This document shows positions 14,680 through 28,525 of a stretch of 64,000 nt of DNA, in pieces (the stretch's first letter is position 1; the number at the start of each line of letters is the position of its first letter). Below the pieces are notes generated by a model that saw only the letters and a list, made by a program, of their open reading frames with translations, did no database searches and was not told where the DNA came from. A program made the position numbers and the translations under genes. The DNA is taken from positions 1,302,001-1,366,000 of the forward strand of contig JANHCV010000001.1 in NCBI GenBank assembly GCA_025594325.1. Direction: 5' to 3'. This DNA comes from Blastocladiella emersonii ATCC 22665 (Eukaryota > Fungi > Blastocladiomycota).

Positions 14680-17600
14680 TTAGTGGTGGGCGTGCTTGCC
14701 CTTGCCCTTGGCAACCTCGGCGGGCGAGCCAGGCGGCGAGCTCGACGCGGCCGCCGCCCCGTCGCTGTTGCGCTGCTGTTTCTGCCACAGATCGTGGTAG
14801 ATACCGCCCAGGGCGAGGAGCTCCTCGTGGGTACCCATTTCGGCGACTCGGCCGTCGCTTATGCACGCGATTTTGTCCGCAGATGCGATGGTCGACAAGC
14901 GGTGCGCAATGACCATGGTCGTGCGGTTCCGGCTGAGTTCTGCAAAGGCGGTCTGGATCAAACCTTCGGAGGCCGAATCCAACGCCGAAGTCGCCTCATC
15001 CAACAATAGGATGGAAGGGGCCTTGAGGATGGTGCGGGCGATCGCCAGGCGCTGGCGTTCACTAGGCGGTGGGGCAAGAGGCGGTCAGTTGCCGTCAAAC
15101 GACGCGAAAGTCACCCCACGGCGCGCAAGCCACCCGAAATCGCGTACCCTCCACTGACACGAAGACCACGCTCGCCTACGACGGTGTCGTAGCCCTTGGG
15201 GAACGACATGACGCGGTCGTGGATCTGGGCGGCGCGGGCGGCGGCGAACACCTCCTCGTCGGTCGCGTCGGGGCGCGCGTAGCGGATGTTGTACATGACC
15301 GTGTTGTTGAACAGGACCGGGTCCTGCGGGACCACGCCAATGGCCTGGCGCAGCGAGACCTGGGTCACGTCGCGCAGGTCCTGGCCGTCGATGGTGATGC
15401 TGCCGCTGTTGACGTCGTAGAAGCGGAACAGGAGCTTGAGCGTCGTGCTACGATGAGTGGAGATGCGTAAGAGGTGAGTGACCGGGTCCCAAACGCGTCA
15501 GGTTTGCCAAAGACACGTACGACTTGCCGCCGCCCGACTCGCCAACCTAAAGACACGCAACGAGGGTGAGCAAAGGCTCGGTCGGCGCTTCCGGGAGCGC
15601 ACGTACCAGAGCAACCGTCTTGCCAGCGGGGATCGAGAACGACAGACCCTGGAGCGCCGGGTGGTTCTCGCCGTACGAAAAGTGCACATTGTTGAAGTCG
15701 ACGCGACCGCCGGTGACGACGAGCGGCTTGGCCGTGGGCTTGTCGCACACGTCGACCTCCTCGTCGAACAGCTTGAGCATCTTCTCCATGTCTACGCGGA
15801 GCGAGTCGGCCAATGTTAGTCTCGACCGCGACCACCAGTGCGTCTCCATGACGCTCACGTAATACGTGCCGATGGCGTTCTGCTGCAGCACGCGGTACAT
15901 GGTACCGAACCAGTTGAGCGGGCCGTACAGCTGCACAATGTACGTGTAAAACAGCGCAAAGTCGCCAATGGAGAGGTCGCCGTGCACCACGCGGTACGCG
16001 CACAGGATGGAGCCCGCGAGCAGCCCGAGCGAGATGATGACGTTCTGCATGACGTTGAGCAGCTGCAGACTCGCGTTCGACTTGAAGTCGGCGCGGTTGT
16101 AGTCGGCGATGGCCTTGTCGTAGCGCTGGATCTCGAACTGCTCGGCGCCGTAGTACTTCACCGTCTCGAAGTTGAGCAGCGAGTCGACACCGATCTGCGA
16201 GGTGCGGTTGTCGAGCTCGATCATCTCGCGGCGGAACGCCGTGCGCCACTCGGTGATCAGGATCGTGGCGAAGATGTACGAGGCCATGGTCACGATAACG
16301 ATGACGCCTACAAGTGGGCGAAGATAGTGAGGGTAGGATGAGTTCGTGGTCGAGGGGTTGAGTGAGGCGAGGGAGGGGGGAGTGCGGTGATCGCGTACCA
16401 AAGTAGACATCAAACTGCGACGTAAAGTAGATCACGGCCACGGTAATGTCGATGATGACGGGGCTGAGCGTAAAGACGAGCATCTGGAGCAGCGAGACGA
16501 TCGACGAGGTACCGCGGTCGAGGATGCGGAGGACCTCGCCCGTCTTGCGGCTGACGTGCCAGTTGAGTGAGAGCGAGTGCATGTGCGTGAACATGCGGAC
16601 CGAGAGCGTGCGCGTCGTGTACTGGCCGATCGGGAGCCACAGGAACGACTGCAGGTTCGAGAGCATGCCGCTCTGCAGGAAGCGGAACAGCACGAACAGG
16701 AAGATGGACGCGAGCGGGAACTCGCCGCGCGTCAGGCCGTTGATGATGTTCTTGTACTGGATCGGGACCAGGACCACCACGATACTGGAGAGGCAGGCAT
16801 GATGTCAGTTGTATGACCTGAGGTCAGATGAGCGAGCAAGTCGTACCGGCCGGTGAAGAGCGACGCGAAACTGAGCAGGACGAGCAGCTGCAGCCCGAAA
16901 TTGTCGCGGGGCCACAGGAAGGGCAGCAGCTTCTTGAGCTTCTCCGCCGCGGCAGCGAACACGGAGCCGGTCTCGCCAGCAATGGCAGCCGGGCGAGCGG
17001 GCGCGGGGGTCGCCGACTCGACGTCGCCGCGGGTCGTGGGACCACTGCGGGTGAAGGGGTGGATGAAAAATGCGGTGACGACCAGGAGGAGGATCAGGAT
17101 GTAGCGCAGCATCCAGTTGGCAAACATGTACTCGTCGAACGGGTCGATGGCCGAGACTAGAATACGTGGATCGAGAGGTCAGGATCACGGCGGTTGCGAG
17201 CAGTGGACGTCAAGGCGTACCGGCGTTGCTGAGAGCGTTGCTCATCCAGCCCGAGAAGGCGACGCTCTCGACGACGAGGAGGGTGAACCAGAAGCCGGCC
17301 GTCTACGATCGCGTCGTCGAGGTTAGGATTACAGTCTCCACGGAGCAACAGGAGCACGCAGCCGTACCATCCACGAGAAGGTGCCGGTCTTCGTGACCTC
17401 GAGATCGAAGACGTAGCGGTTGAGGGCGAGGGTGAAGAGCAGCGAGAAGGTCCAGATGAACAGCGGGCCGGCCCACACGCCGAGCGAGACGCCGGCGAGG
17501 ATCAGCAGGACGAGGTCGACGACAAGGAGGAACTCGACCGCCGTGCCAAAGGCGCGGAGGCACGAGACGAGGCCGGGGAGGGCCTTGCGGTAGCCCGCGG

Positions 17601-17805
17601 CGGCGTCGCCGGCATCCTCGAGACGGATGTAGCCGAGGGCGGCGATGCTGCGGTACGCCCACGACGCGAAGATGGCGTTGTAGAGCACGAGGGCGAGGGC
17701 CGAGCCCGGGTAGAAGGCACACGGATCGTGAGGCGCATCGCGCAGGAGGCCCGGCGTGCAGATTCCGTTGATGACGGGCGAGTCGCCCGCGCCGAAGAGA
17801 TCCAT
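14680..17805 (-). CDS. HMT1: HMT1/ABCB6-like half ABC transporter (N-terminal TMD0 + TMD + NBD); multi-exon
   Basis: [41 protein letters not shown], Walker [10 protein letters not shown], signature [31 protein letters not shown]; hydrophobic N-terminal extension. Confidence 0.88.
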
Positions 17806-18082
17806 GGTGAGGCGAGCTTTCGTTTCGACGAGACGAAAGGGAAAAACGACCAAGGGGAGGGAGGATATGGCGTGAGCGAGGGGCGAGGGGTGAGAGTTTC
17901 CGGCGGGCTCGTGCCGTCACAGATCAGTGGGTAAGCGGAACCCGCGGCTGCTTCACCGGCGGCCCTGCCCGACCGTTGCTGACGCTCTCAACTCGTCATG
18001 CTGACGTGATGGATCAACAAAGAACTACGGCTGGGTCTATTCAATTCAGCAATGAGGGAACAGTTGGAGTGGGAGAGTCGGC

Positions 18083-21050
18083 TCACGGCTTGGCGTCGTG
18101 GCACGCCGTATCGCACACGGCCTCGGAGGGGGTCTGCTCAATCAGCTTGCGCAGGGACCCGACAACGTCGTCGAGCGAGACGTGGTCCGTGAGGTCGCGC
18201 TTGGGCGCCGCGACGATCGAGTGGCGGTCGTCCATCTGCAGGTCGACGAGCTCGGCGCAGTAGGCGCCGGGCGAGAAGGAGATGCGGACCGAAAACTCCT
18301 TATCGGCCTCGTTGGCGATGCCGCGGTTGCGCTCGTACAGCTCGAAGGTGATCTGCGTCAGGTAGTCGAGCTCGTCGAGGTTGCCGGCGGGGATCTTCAT
18401 CGGCACGCCGCTGAGGTACACGAGGTTGAGCAGCGTGTGGACGTGCGACTCCTTGGTGAAGTAGAGCCGCGTGCACGCGCCGCGCGGCTGCGCCCGCACC
18501 GCCTCGAGGTCGACGAGGATCTGCCGCAGCAGGCACGACGACGTGAGCAGGCCAATCTCGCGCTTGTCGGCGGGGTCGACGCCGTACTCGCTCGGGCCCA
18601 CGTAGTCGAACAGCAGCTTGGCCTTGCGGAACAGCTCGCGCAGGATGCCCGGGTAGATGAGGACAGGGATCGCCGACGAAAAGGACGAGGGCGTCGACGC
18701 CGCCGACGAGATCTGCGAGCTGAGCGACGAGCTGTACGCGCCGGGCATGGCCGGGGACGGCGCCGCGCTCGACGGCGGGGTGCCCGTGCGCAGGGCCGAC
18801 GGCGGCAGGCCGTACTCGGCCCGCTCGACAAAGATGCGCGACACGAAGGTGCGGTTGTGCAGCGCGTCGTACTTGAGCGAGTCGTACAGGTCCGAGACCT
18901 TGGACAGGTCGAGCTTGGACGAGTCGCAAAACTCCTTGAACAGCTTCTCCCACCGCTCGCGGAACAGCGCGGGCGACTCGCCGCAGCACCAGTCGTCCTG
19001 GATCGCGTCCACGTCGAGCTTGGCAAAGTTGGCGTGCATCATCTCGCGCATCCGGCTCATGGTCGACATGAGGTCGCGGATGAACTCGGACAGGTCGCTG
19101 ACGCCGGGCAGCGTAAGCGCGCGGTGGTCCTGCAGGTCCTTCTTGACGCGCTCCATCTGCTCCTTGGCCGCGTTCGAGTCGTCGAGCATGTCGCGGCGGA
19201 TCTCCATGGACACGGTCGTCGGCTTGCTCGCGGGCGAGTTCTTGCCCGAGCCGCCGCTCCCGCTGCCGCTGCTACCCGACGACGAGGCCGAGGCGGCGGG
19301 CGACGGCGCGGTCAGTGCGTTGAGCGCACTGGAGCTGCCCGTGACGCTCGCGCTGCCGCCGGGCTGTGACGACAGGAACGACTCCATGAAGACCTCGGCC
19401 GTCTGGATGACGCGCTGCTCGCTGGCGCTGTAGACCTTGACGTCCTCGAGCAGCTCGCGGTTGATGAGCAGCAGGTCCTTGCGCAGGGACTCGCCGAGCT
19501 CGTGCGTGTGGTGGCGGCCAGCGTGGGTGAAGCGCCCCCCCCACTTGCAGATGCACTGCAGCTTGTCGAGCGAGCCGTCCGTCTTGTTCCACGACGGCTT
19601 GATCTGGACCTTGGTGTCCTCGTTGCCCTCCTTGGATTTGAGCAGGGCGAGCAGCAGCTCGAGCTTGTCGCGGTCCTCGAGCCCGTCGGCGAGCGCGTCC
19701 TGGGCTGCCTCGGCGACGCGCTGCGCGGCCTCGCGCTTGAAGATGACCTCCTCCTTGCCGCCGCCGAGCAGCTCGACAAAGGGCGCCGACATGAAGTTGA
19801 ACTTCTTCTTGAGCTTGGGCGTGCGGTCGGCGTGGCGGATGACCGAGAAGAAGCCCTTGAGGCGCCACTGGTTCTCGAACGAGATCTCCTTGGTGAGCAT
19901 GAGCGAGCCGCGGTGGCGCTTGGCAGCGTTGAGGAACAGCTTGCGCAGGATGGTGGTGCACTGGTCGTAGTAGTCGTTGTTGTTCTTGACAAACGACCAC
20001 CCGTTCACGTCGATGACGTACGACGAGCCGCCGGCGCGCAGCAGGTCGAAGCCGCAGATGGTCTGGCCGAAGGCGAGCGAGACGCGGCGCGAGTACTCGC
20101 GCTCCTCGGGCGACAGCTGCGTCACGTAGCGCACCTCCTTGCCGTCGTGGTTGCGCTGCACGATGCCGTCGACGACGGGCGACTTGCGCGTCTCGGCGTG
20201 CGCCTGCATCGGGCCCATGGTGTACACCTTGACGTCCTCGGCGTTGTCCACGTCCATGAACTCCTCGTAGATGAACGAGCCCTCGGTGCGGACCTGCCAC
20301 AGGTCGGGGCAGAACTCGCTCGACTTGTTGGCGACCTTGCGGAACAGCTTGCGGCACCCGCCGCCCTGCGACGAGTGGAAGAAGACGTAGATGTTGTGGT
20401 CCTCGCCGCTCACGGGCTTCTCGACGAAAGGCTTGGTGATGGTGACGCCGTCGACGACCAGCGTGTCGTAGTCGACCTGCTCAATCGACTTGGTCAGGCG
20501 GATCATCTTGGGGATGTTGAGGCCGAGGTGGCGCTGCAGCTTGCTGACGAGGTCGGCGTCGAAGCCCGGCTCGCTTCGGTTGACGACGAGGCGGCGCGGC
20601 GTCTTGACGCCAATGTGGTCGAGGACCGTGAGCACGATGCGGCGGTCGAACAGGCCCTTCTGCGTCACGAGGTCGTTGACGAGGTACGGGCGGCGGAGCG
20701 CGACGTAGTCGATGGCCTTGTCGAGCGGGAACCCAGTCGAGAAGAAGGAGATGAGGAAGTTGCACGCGGGCCACTCGGTGATGTCCTCGTCGAGAATCAT
20801 CTTGTCGCCAAAAATCTGCACCTCAAAGTGGCCGGTGGCAACGAGGCGGTTCTACATGCGTGATTGCGAGCGGGTCAGGGCATGCGCTACCGCGGCCAAT
20901 CCGAGCATGAATTCGTACGAGAATGTTGCGCATGGGCTTGGAGCGACTCTTGGCGTCCATGGCGCAGACGCCGATGACGTACTTGCCCTCGCGCATCGGG
21001 ATCTGGCGCCGCGCCGGCGACGACGGCGGCGAGGAGAGGCCGCTCGACAT
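18083..21050 (-). CDS. VIP1: Inositol hexakisphosphate/PP-IP5 kinase Vip1 (ATP-grasp kinase + histidine phosphatase-like domain)
   Basis: YVIGVCAMDAKSRSKPMRNIL, FLISFFSTGFPLDKA, FVEKPVSGEDHNIY, HAETRKSPVVDG, RHADRTPK, RLYFTKESHVHTLLN. Confidence 0.95.
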
Positions 21051-21340
21051 GGTTGGTTCGCGGGCTCGAGAGGGGCTAGAGATGGCCCGGTGGCGTCAGC
21101 TCATGCGCTAGCGATGATCCGTCTCGTTGCTGTGAGTGCATACATGTGTGTTTCGTGGTGGTGAGGAGAGCAGAGAGCTCGCGGCAGGGATCCGAGTTCG
21201 AGGAACCCGCCGTTCGAGAACGAGAACGAGAAGGGAGTGGCACCTCGCTCACATGCGCCGCAATTGGGCTGCCGATCGTAAGCTGTCTCCGGCTTGGAGA
21301 CGTTGTACTCTCCTTCTCTCGTGCCGTCCTACCAACTGCC

Positions 21341-23380
21341 ATGTATCCTGCCCGTATCAAATCAACAGCCGCTGCACTGCGCCGGGGTCTGCCGAACCTC
21401 GGCCGCTCGGTGGCGGCGCGCCGTGCGGGACTGGCGACCGAGTCCGCGCCGGCCCCGATCGCCTCCAAGGCCGCATCGCTGCCGCCGGCAGACGCCGAGG
21501 CCAAGACCGCTGCCTCGCGCAAGCTCGTGTTTGACAACAAGCGCACATTCCGCGATTTCATGGAGACGCAGGCCAAGGGTGCGCTGGACAAGGTTGATCC
21601 TGCAGACTTGCGCGCCAACTCGGTCCCGTACCTCGCCCGGCCCGACGGCAAGCAGCGCACCTTCTACGTCGAGGTGTATGGCTGCCAGATGAACAACAAC
21701 GACACGGAGATTCTCAACGCCATCTTGCACGACTCGGGGTTCCGCCGGACGCGCACGCTCGAGGAGGCGGATATCGTGTTCTTGATGACGGTTTGTTGCG
21801 GTCATTACTGCTCCTCCATGTCTATACTGACAGACCAGGCGGTGTAGTGTGCCATCCGTGACGGGGCTGAACAGAAGATCTGGTCCCGCCTCGCCCAGCT
21901 CAAGGCGATGCGGACCAAGCACGGCATTGCCCCGCAGATCGGCGTTCTTGGGTGCATGGCCGAGCGTCTGCGCGAGAAGCTGCTCGAGCAGGACAAGCTC
22001 GTCGACGTGGTGTGCGGGCCTGACGCTTACCGCTCGCTCCCCGCCCTGCTCGCGCTCGCCGAGGACAACCAGCAGGTCGCCAACGTCATGCTCTCGGCGG
22101 ACGAGACTTACGCCGACATTATGGTACGTTTCGCGTGTACTCCACCTCGGGATTCGCTCTCGGCTAACCCGCGATGCTCCGTAGCCGCTGCGCCTCGACC
22201 CTGACCAGATCTCGGCCCACCTGTCCATCATGCGCGGGTGCAACAACATGTGCGCGTTCTGCATCGTGCCCTTCACGCGCGGGACCGAACGCAGTCGGCC
22301 AATCCAGTCGATTGTCGATGAGGTGAGACGACTGAGCGAGCAAGGCATTCGCGAGGGTACGTCACTTGACGTAGGTCGCTCAAACCTCGTGCTTACATCC
22401 ACCCTCGCGTCAACTAGTCACACTGCTCGGCCAGAACGTCAACAGCTACCGGGACTCGAGTGCACCAACCGAAGGCGTCGGCGCCTCGCTCGCGCCCGGG
22501 TTCAAGACCATCTACAAGCGCAAGGAGGGCGGCATGCGGTTCGCCGAGCTGCTCGACCGTGTGGCCGACGTCGACCCGGAGATGCGCATCCGCTTCACGT
22601 CGCCGCACCCCAAGGACTTTCCCGACGACCTACTCCACGTCATCCGGAGCAAGCACAACATCTGCAACCAGATCCACATGCCCGCGCAGAGCGGCAGCAC
22701 GACGATGCTCGAGCGCATGCGCCGCGGTACGCTTCGCTGACGCACCCGCAACCCGTCGACTCGCCCGGCTCACATTTTCGAGGCGACATGTAGGCTACTC
22801 GCGGGAGGCGTTCCTGAGCCTCGTCGACCGGATGCGCAGCATCATCCCGAACGTGGCCATCAGCACCGACATCATCGCCGGGTTCTGCGGCGAGACGGAC
22901 GCCGAGCACCAGGACACGGTGTCGCTGATGCGCACGGTGCAGTTCGACCAGGCCTTCATGTTCGCGTACAGCATGCGCGAGAAGACGCACGCACACCGCC
23001 GCTACGTCGACGACGTGCCCGCCGACGTCAAGCAGCGCCGCCTCGCCGAGATCATCACGGCGCACTTTGACTCGGCCAAGGCCAAGCACTCGCGCGAGTT
23101 TGTTGAGGGCCGCGCCCGCGCGCTCGTTCTCGTCGAGGGCCTCTCGCGCCGCGGCAACGCCGACCCGACGGCCGCGACGCAGCAGTGGGTTGGCCGCGCC
23201 GACAACAACCTGCGCGTTCACTTTGACCTGCCCGCCGACTCGCCCCTCGCAGCCTCGCTCAAGGGCAAGTACGTCGCCGTCAACGTGAACAAGGCCACGG
23301 GCGCGTCCATGTCTGGCGACTTTGCGGGCGTCACGACGATCCGCGAGTTTTACACGGGCTCTCCGAGCCTGATCCATTGA
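21341..23380 (+). CDS. CDK5RAP1: Mitochondrial tRNA methylthiotransferase MiaB/CDK5RAP1 (radical SAM); multi-exon
   Basis: Transit-peptide-like N-terminus, [24 protein letters not shown] (CxxxCxxC), [33 protein letters not shown]. Confidence 0.93.
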
Positions 23381-23740
23381 TTTCCACGTAACCAACCTAG
23401 ATATATCTTGTTAGCCTCCCATCTGGGCGAACATCAGGGAGGGAGGTGAGGAACGCGTCGACCCGTCAGGCCCATCGCGGTGGCGGCCAGAGTCACGCCG
23501 GCGTCCTCGTCACCTCGCCGGCCGACGCGCTCGTCATTTCGGGCCACCGCGTCGCGCTCGCCGACGAACGAGTCGACCCCGAAGCCCGTGCACCCCCGCC
23601 GTGGCACCACACGTACTGCAACGTATCGCAACGTCATCAACCGCCCGAGCCGCGCGACCCCCTGCAACGCGCCGCGCATTCGTCCACATCGACCCCGCGC
23701 TTGATCGCTCGACCCAACGCATCACGCTCGAATCACCACC

Positions 23741-24970
23741 ATGGGCGCCCTCGAAGCGACCGTCCTCGTGTATGTCGTCCTCGGACGCACTGCAGCTCCC
23801 GCTCGAACGAGGCTGACGTGGGGGCCACCCGCACGCCAACCACTCGTCTAGCATCGACAACTCGGAGTGGATGCGGAATGGCGACTACACGCCGTCCCGC
23901 TCGCAGGCGCAGGCCGACGCCGTGAACCTGCTGTTCAACGCCAAGACGCAGAGCAACCCCGAGAACACGGTGGGTCTCCTGTCGACGGCCGGCAAGGCGT
24001 ACGTCGTCGCTCGCTCGCTCGCTGCCCCCCTACGAGCATCCCGCTGACCCACGACACCCGCCGATCGCGTAGCCCCGAGGTGCTCGTGACCCTGACCAAC
24101 GACATTGGCAAGATCCTGTCGGCCATGCACCGCGTCAAGATCGGCGGCACCGCCAACCTCAGCACGGGGATCCAGATCGCGCAGCTCGTGCTCAAGCACC
24201 GCCAGAACAAGAACCAGCGCCAGCGCGTCATCGTGTTTGTCGGGTCGCCCGTGGCCGAGGACGTCAAGGACCTGGTGCGCCTCGGCAAGAAGCTCAAGAA
24301 GAACAACATCGCCATTGACGTGGTCAACTTTGGCGAGGACCAGGCCAACACGGCCAAGCTCGAGGCCTTCATCGAGGCCGTCAACTCGGCCGACAACTCG
24401 CACCTCGCCACCATCCCGCCCGGCCCGCACATTCTCAGCGACCAGCTCCTGTCGACGCCCATCCTGGCCGGCGAGGACGGCGTCCCCGCGGGGCTCGGCG
24501 GCGGCTTCGAGTTTGGCGTCGACCCCAGCCTCGACCCCGAGCTCGCCATGGCCCTGCGCATCTCGCTCGAGGAGGAGCGCGCGCGCCAGGAGGCCGAGGC
24601 CCGCAACAACGGCGGCGGCGCCGCTGCTGCTGCCCCGACCTCGGCCGCACCAGCGGGTGGCGATGCCATGGCCGTGGACGAGGACGCGGCGCTCGCGCAG
24701 GCCCTCGCCATGTCGCGCGGCGCGGCCCCCGGCGGCGCCGGCGGGTTCGCCGAGATGTCCGAGGAGGACATGCTGCAGCAGGCGCTCCTCATGTCCATGG
24801 CCGACGCCCAGGGCGCGCCGTCCCCGTCGGCCGCGGCGCCCAGCAGCGCAGCACCAGCCGACGACGACGCGGTCATGCAGGACATTCTCGGGACCCTCCC
24901 CGGCGTCGACCCCAACGACCCGCGAATCAAGGATGCCCTCAACAAGGACAAGAAGGACGGCAACCAGTGA
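23741..24970 (+). CDS. RPN10: 26S proteasome ubiquitin receptor Rpn10 (vWA + UIMs); two introns
   Basis: MGALEATVLV|IDNSEWMRNGDY, LKHRQNKNQRQRVIVFVGSP, FGVDPSLDPELAMALRISLEEE. Confidence 0.96.
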
Positions 24971-25122
24971 GTGCGACGGCGGCGGCCTCGGTACGCGGTG
25001 ACGGCCGAGATCTGTGTACTGACTGGCGGTGGTTCTCTCGGTTCGCATGGCGGTCGGTATACAGCGAATGAAATTTGTTTACACACACGCTACGCGACTG
25101 CTTTTCTCCTCCCTCTCGCCCA

Positions 25123-26467
25123 TCACTGCTTGATCCCGCGCTTCCACGCGTCGGGCGCGAGCCGCATCTCGCGCGGCCCCGCGGGCTGGTCGACGACGAG
25201 CTCGCCCGCGCGGTTCCACGGGTCCGCGTCGGCCTTGCCGCCGAGCCGGTGGTCGCCGCGGCGCCGGTACCCGTCGAGGATCAGCGGGGTGCACGCGGCG
25301 CGGATCGTGGCCTCCTCCATGTACGTGCGCCAGGCGTCGCGCTCGTGGCCGAGCACGCTCTCGGCGAGCGCCAGCAGCTTGACCTCGCGCGGGCCCAGCG
25401 CCATGCGCGGCTCCGGGCGGCTGAACGTGTGCGGGTTGTACAGCATGTCGTCGCTCCCGCGGCTCAGGTACCCGGCGGCGCTGTTGGCGGTTCCGAGCGG
25501 GGTCCCGCACTCCTGGCCGAACACGCGCGGGCGGTGTAGGATGCCCGAAGCGAGCGGCAGCGCGGCGGCGTGCGTGGTCACGGACTCGCGGCGCTGCGGG
25601 AGCTTGGGCAGGACCGTCGGCGACAGCGGGCGGTGGTTGTAGAAGGAGACGTGCTTGGGCGCCGTCGACCGCGGGCGCACGAGCTGCGGCGCGAACACGC
25701 CGGGCACGCTGTGGGTGCCGAGCAGATGGTGCACGCGCGTCGCGATCTCGGTCTGCTTGGTCTTGAGCGTGCGCCGCGTCGACGCGTTGAACTGCAGCTC
25801 CTGCACCGCCTCGTACTCGTCGAGCTGTTGGCGGACCGACGCCGACTGGATGCGGATGAGGGGTCAGTGAGTGCGTATCCCTGAGAGTATGACGACGCGA
25901 CGAACCTTCTCGGCGACGGCGTGCAGGTACGCCTTGCGCTTGGCGAAGTCGAGGTGGATCTGGCGGCTCCAGTAGCCGCGCCAGCTACGTGATCGTGGCG
26001 AGTGAGCAGGGACCGAGGCCTCGTATTGGAAACAGCACGTACACTTTCTGGATGCGCGTTGCCATGTGGTCGTAGTACATGCGGTCCTGCATCCGCGCGT
26101 GCTCTTGCATGGCCCTTAGCGTCAGCTTGCGGCTCCGGTAGCTGCGGTACACGCTCTGGATGATGGTCGCTTGCTTCCTGCGGAGGGACGTGGCATCAGT
26201 GCGACCATAGTGACGGTGGGTAAGAAGAAACGTACGCGAGATAGCGCCGCCAGAGCCGCATGACGCTCCGGCGCCATGCCGTCTGGATCACGACGGCCGC
26301 GCGGTGCTCGATCAGCCGGCGCTCTTCGCTCTCTCTGGAGATGCATGGCCATGGTCAGTGTCGCGTCGATGCACGCAGCGGCGACGGATATACCTCGCGT
26401 ATTCATAAAAGTTGCGGTCAAAGTCTACATCTCGGCGCGCCCACGCCGCGGCAAACTGCCTCGCCAT
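25123..26467 (-). CDS. SPATA17: IQ-motif axonemal protein, SPATA17-like; multi-exon
   Basis: Three IQ motifs (AAVVIQTAWRR, ATIIQSVYRSY, ATRIQK..WRGYWSR) followed by RVHHLLGTHSVPGVF, matching my recollection of SPATA17 (RKMHYLLSTKQIPGIY). Confidence 0.7.
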
Positions 26468-26805
26468 GGTGGTGAAGCAGAGGCGGTTTGAGGAGATCGT
26501 GTACAGCGATGCATGATGGTAGCGGCGGGTTGCAGCGAGAAGCGCCCGGATCAGAGTAGCTGCTTCCCCGTATCAGCTGCAGCCAGGCGAGGGCCAGGGA
26601 GGGGAGTGCGAGACATGCGAGACGCGCGAGGCGCGCGACAGGAAATCACGTTTCCGCCGCGTGCCTGTCGATCGCGTCGTCCAAGTCTCAGGAGAACGAG
26701 CGAGGGACGAGCGCCGCCCTCGCATCCGCCTCTCATTCTCTCGCGGCTCCGACTGCCTGCAACCGAAAAGTCCCTCTTCCATGTATCACACTTGACGCAA
26801 CCACC

Positions 26806-28450
26806 ATGCCACGCGAATTGATCACCCTGCAGGCCGGCCAGTGCGGCAACCAGAGTAAGTCGCGCCACCCGCGCATGCATCGTCGCGTTCGTCCATTGAC
26901 GCATTCCTCCCTCGTCTAGTCGGCCACGAGTTCTGGAAACTGCTGTGCGCCGAGCACGGCATCTCGCCCGACGGGATCCTCGAGGACTTTGCGACCGAGG
27001 GCGGCGACCGCAAGGACGTCTTCTTCTACCAGGCCGACGACGACCACTACATCCCGCGCGCGCTGCTGCTCGACCTCGAGCCGCGCGTCATCAAAAACAT
27101 CATGCAGTCGCCCTACGCCAACCTCTACAACCCCGAGAACCTGTTCCACACCAAGAGCGACGGCGGCGGTGCGGGCAACAACTGGGCGCAGGGCCACTAC
27201 CACACCGAGAGCCTGTTCGAGGACATCATCGAGATGATCGACCGCGAGGCCGACGGGTCCGACTCGCTCGAGGGGTTCATGCTGCTGCACTCGATCGCCG
27301 GCGGCACCGGGTCGGGCATGGGGTCGAACCTGCTCGAGAAGCTCAGCGACCGCTTCCCCAAGAAGCTCGTCCAGACGTACAGCGTGTTCCCGAGCCACAG
27401 CGAGAACAGCGACGTGGTCGTGCAGCCGTACAACGCCATCCTGACCCTCAAGCGCCTCACGCTGTACGCCGACTCGGTCGTCGTCCTCGACAACGACGCG
27501 CTCGACCGCATCGCCACCGACATGCTGCGTGAGCAGAACGCCAACTTTACCCAGTCCAACCAGATCGTGTCCACGGTCATGTCCGCGAGCACCGCCACGC
27601 TGCGGTACCCGGGCTACATGAACAACGACCTCGTCAGCCTCGTCGCCTCGCTCATCCCGACGCCGCGGTGCCACTTCCTGTCCACGTCGTACACGCCGTT
27701 CGCCGCCGAGGTTGTCGACAACGCCAAGACGGTGCGCAAGACCACGGTGCTCGATGTCATGCGCCGCCTGCTGCAGCAAAAGAACCGCATGGTGTCGACC
27801 AAGGACTCCAAGAAGTCGTGCTACATCTCGGCCCTCACCATCATCCAGGGCGAGGCCGACCCGACCGAGGTCCACAAGTCGCTCCTGCGCATCCGCGAGC
27901 GCCGCCTCGCCCAGTTCATCCCGTGGGGCCCCGCCAGCATGCAGGTCGCCCTGTCCAAGAAGTCGCCCTACATTCAGAGCAGCCACCGCGTCTCCGGCCT
28001 CATGCTCGCCAACCACACGGCCGTTGCTGGGGTGCGTCACGCGTCGTCGCTTGCTCCTTGCACCGCGACGGACCCACTAACCCACGTCACCGCCGCGATC
28101 CAACAGATGTTCAAGAAGATCACGGTGCAGTACGACAAGATCCGCAAGCGCAACGCCTTCCTGCAAGAGTATCAAAAGTACCCCATGTTCCGCGAGAACT
28201 TTGACGAGCTCGACGACTCGCGCGAGGTCGTGCAGGGCCTCATCGACGAGTACGAGGCGTGCGAGAACCGCGACTACCTCACCTGGGTACGCGACCGTCG
28301 CTGGGTCTTGTCATCGTACACGACCTTGACCGCTCTCCTCCTCCGCCGATCGTGTAGGGCTCCCCGGCCGGCGGCATCGCGGGTTCGTCGGCTCAGCAGA
28401 CCTCGTACGGCCGGTCCGACGACATGGACTTGTCCGCGCGGCTCTACTGA
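26806..28450 (+). CDS. TUBG1: Gamma-tubulin; three introns
   Basis: [58 protein letters not shown]; last exon ends SARLY* at 28450. Confidence 0.97.
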
Positions 28451-28525
28451 GACACGGTGGGACCTTTGATATACCGAAAACAGTAATCTACACACCGTAG
28501 CGGTAGTGAGGAGGGCCTGCTTGAC

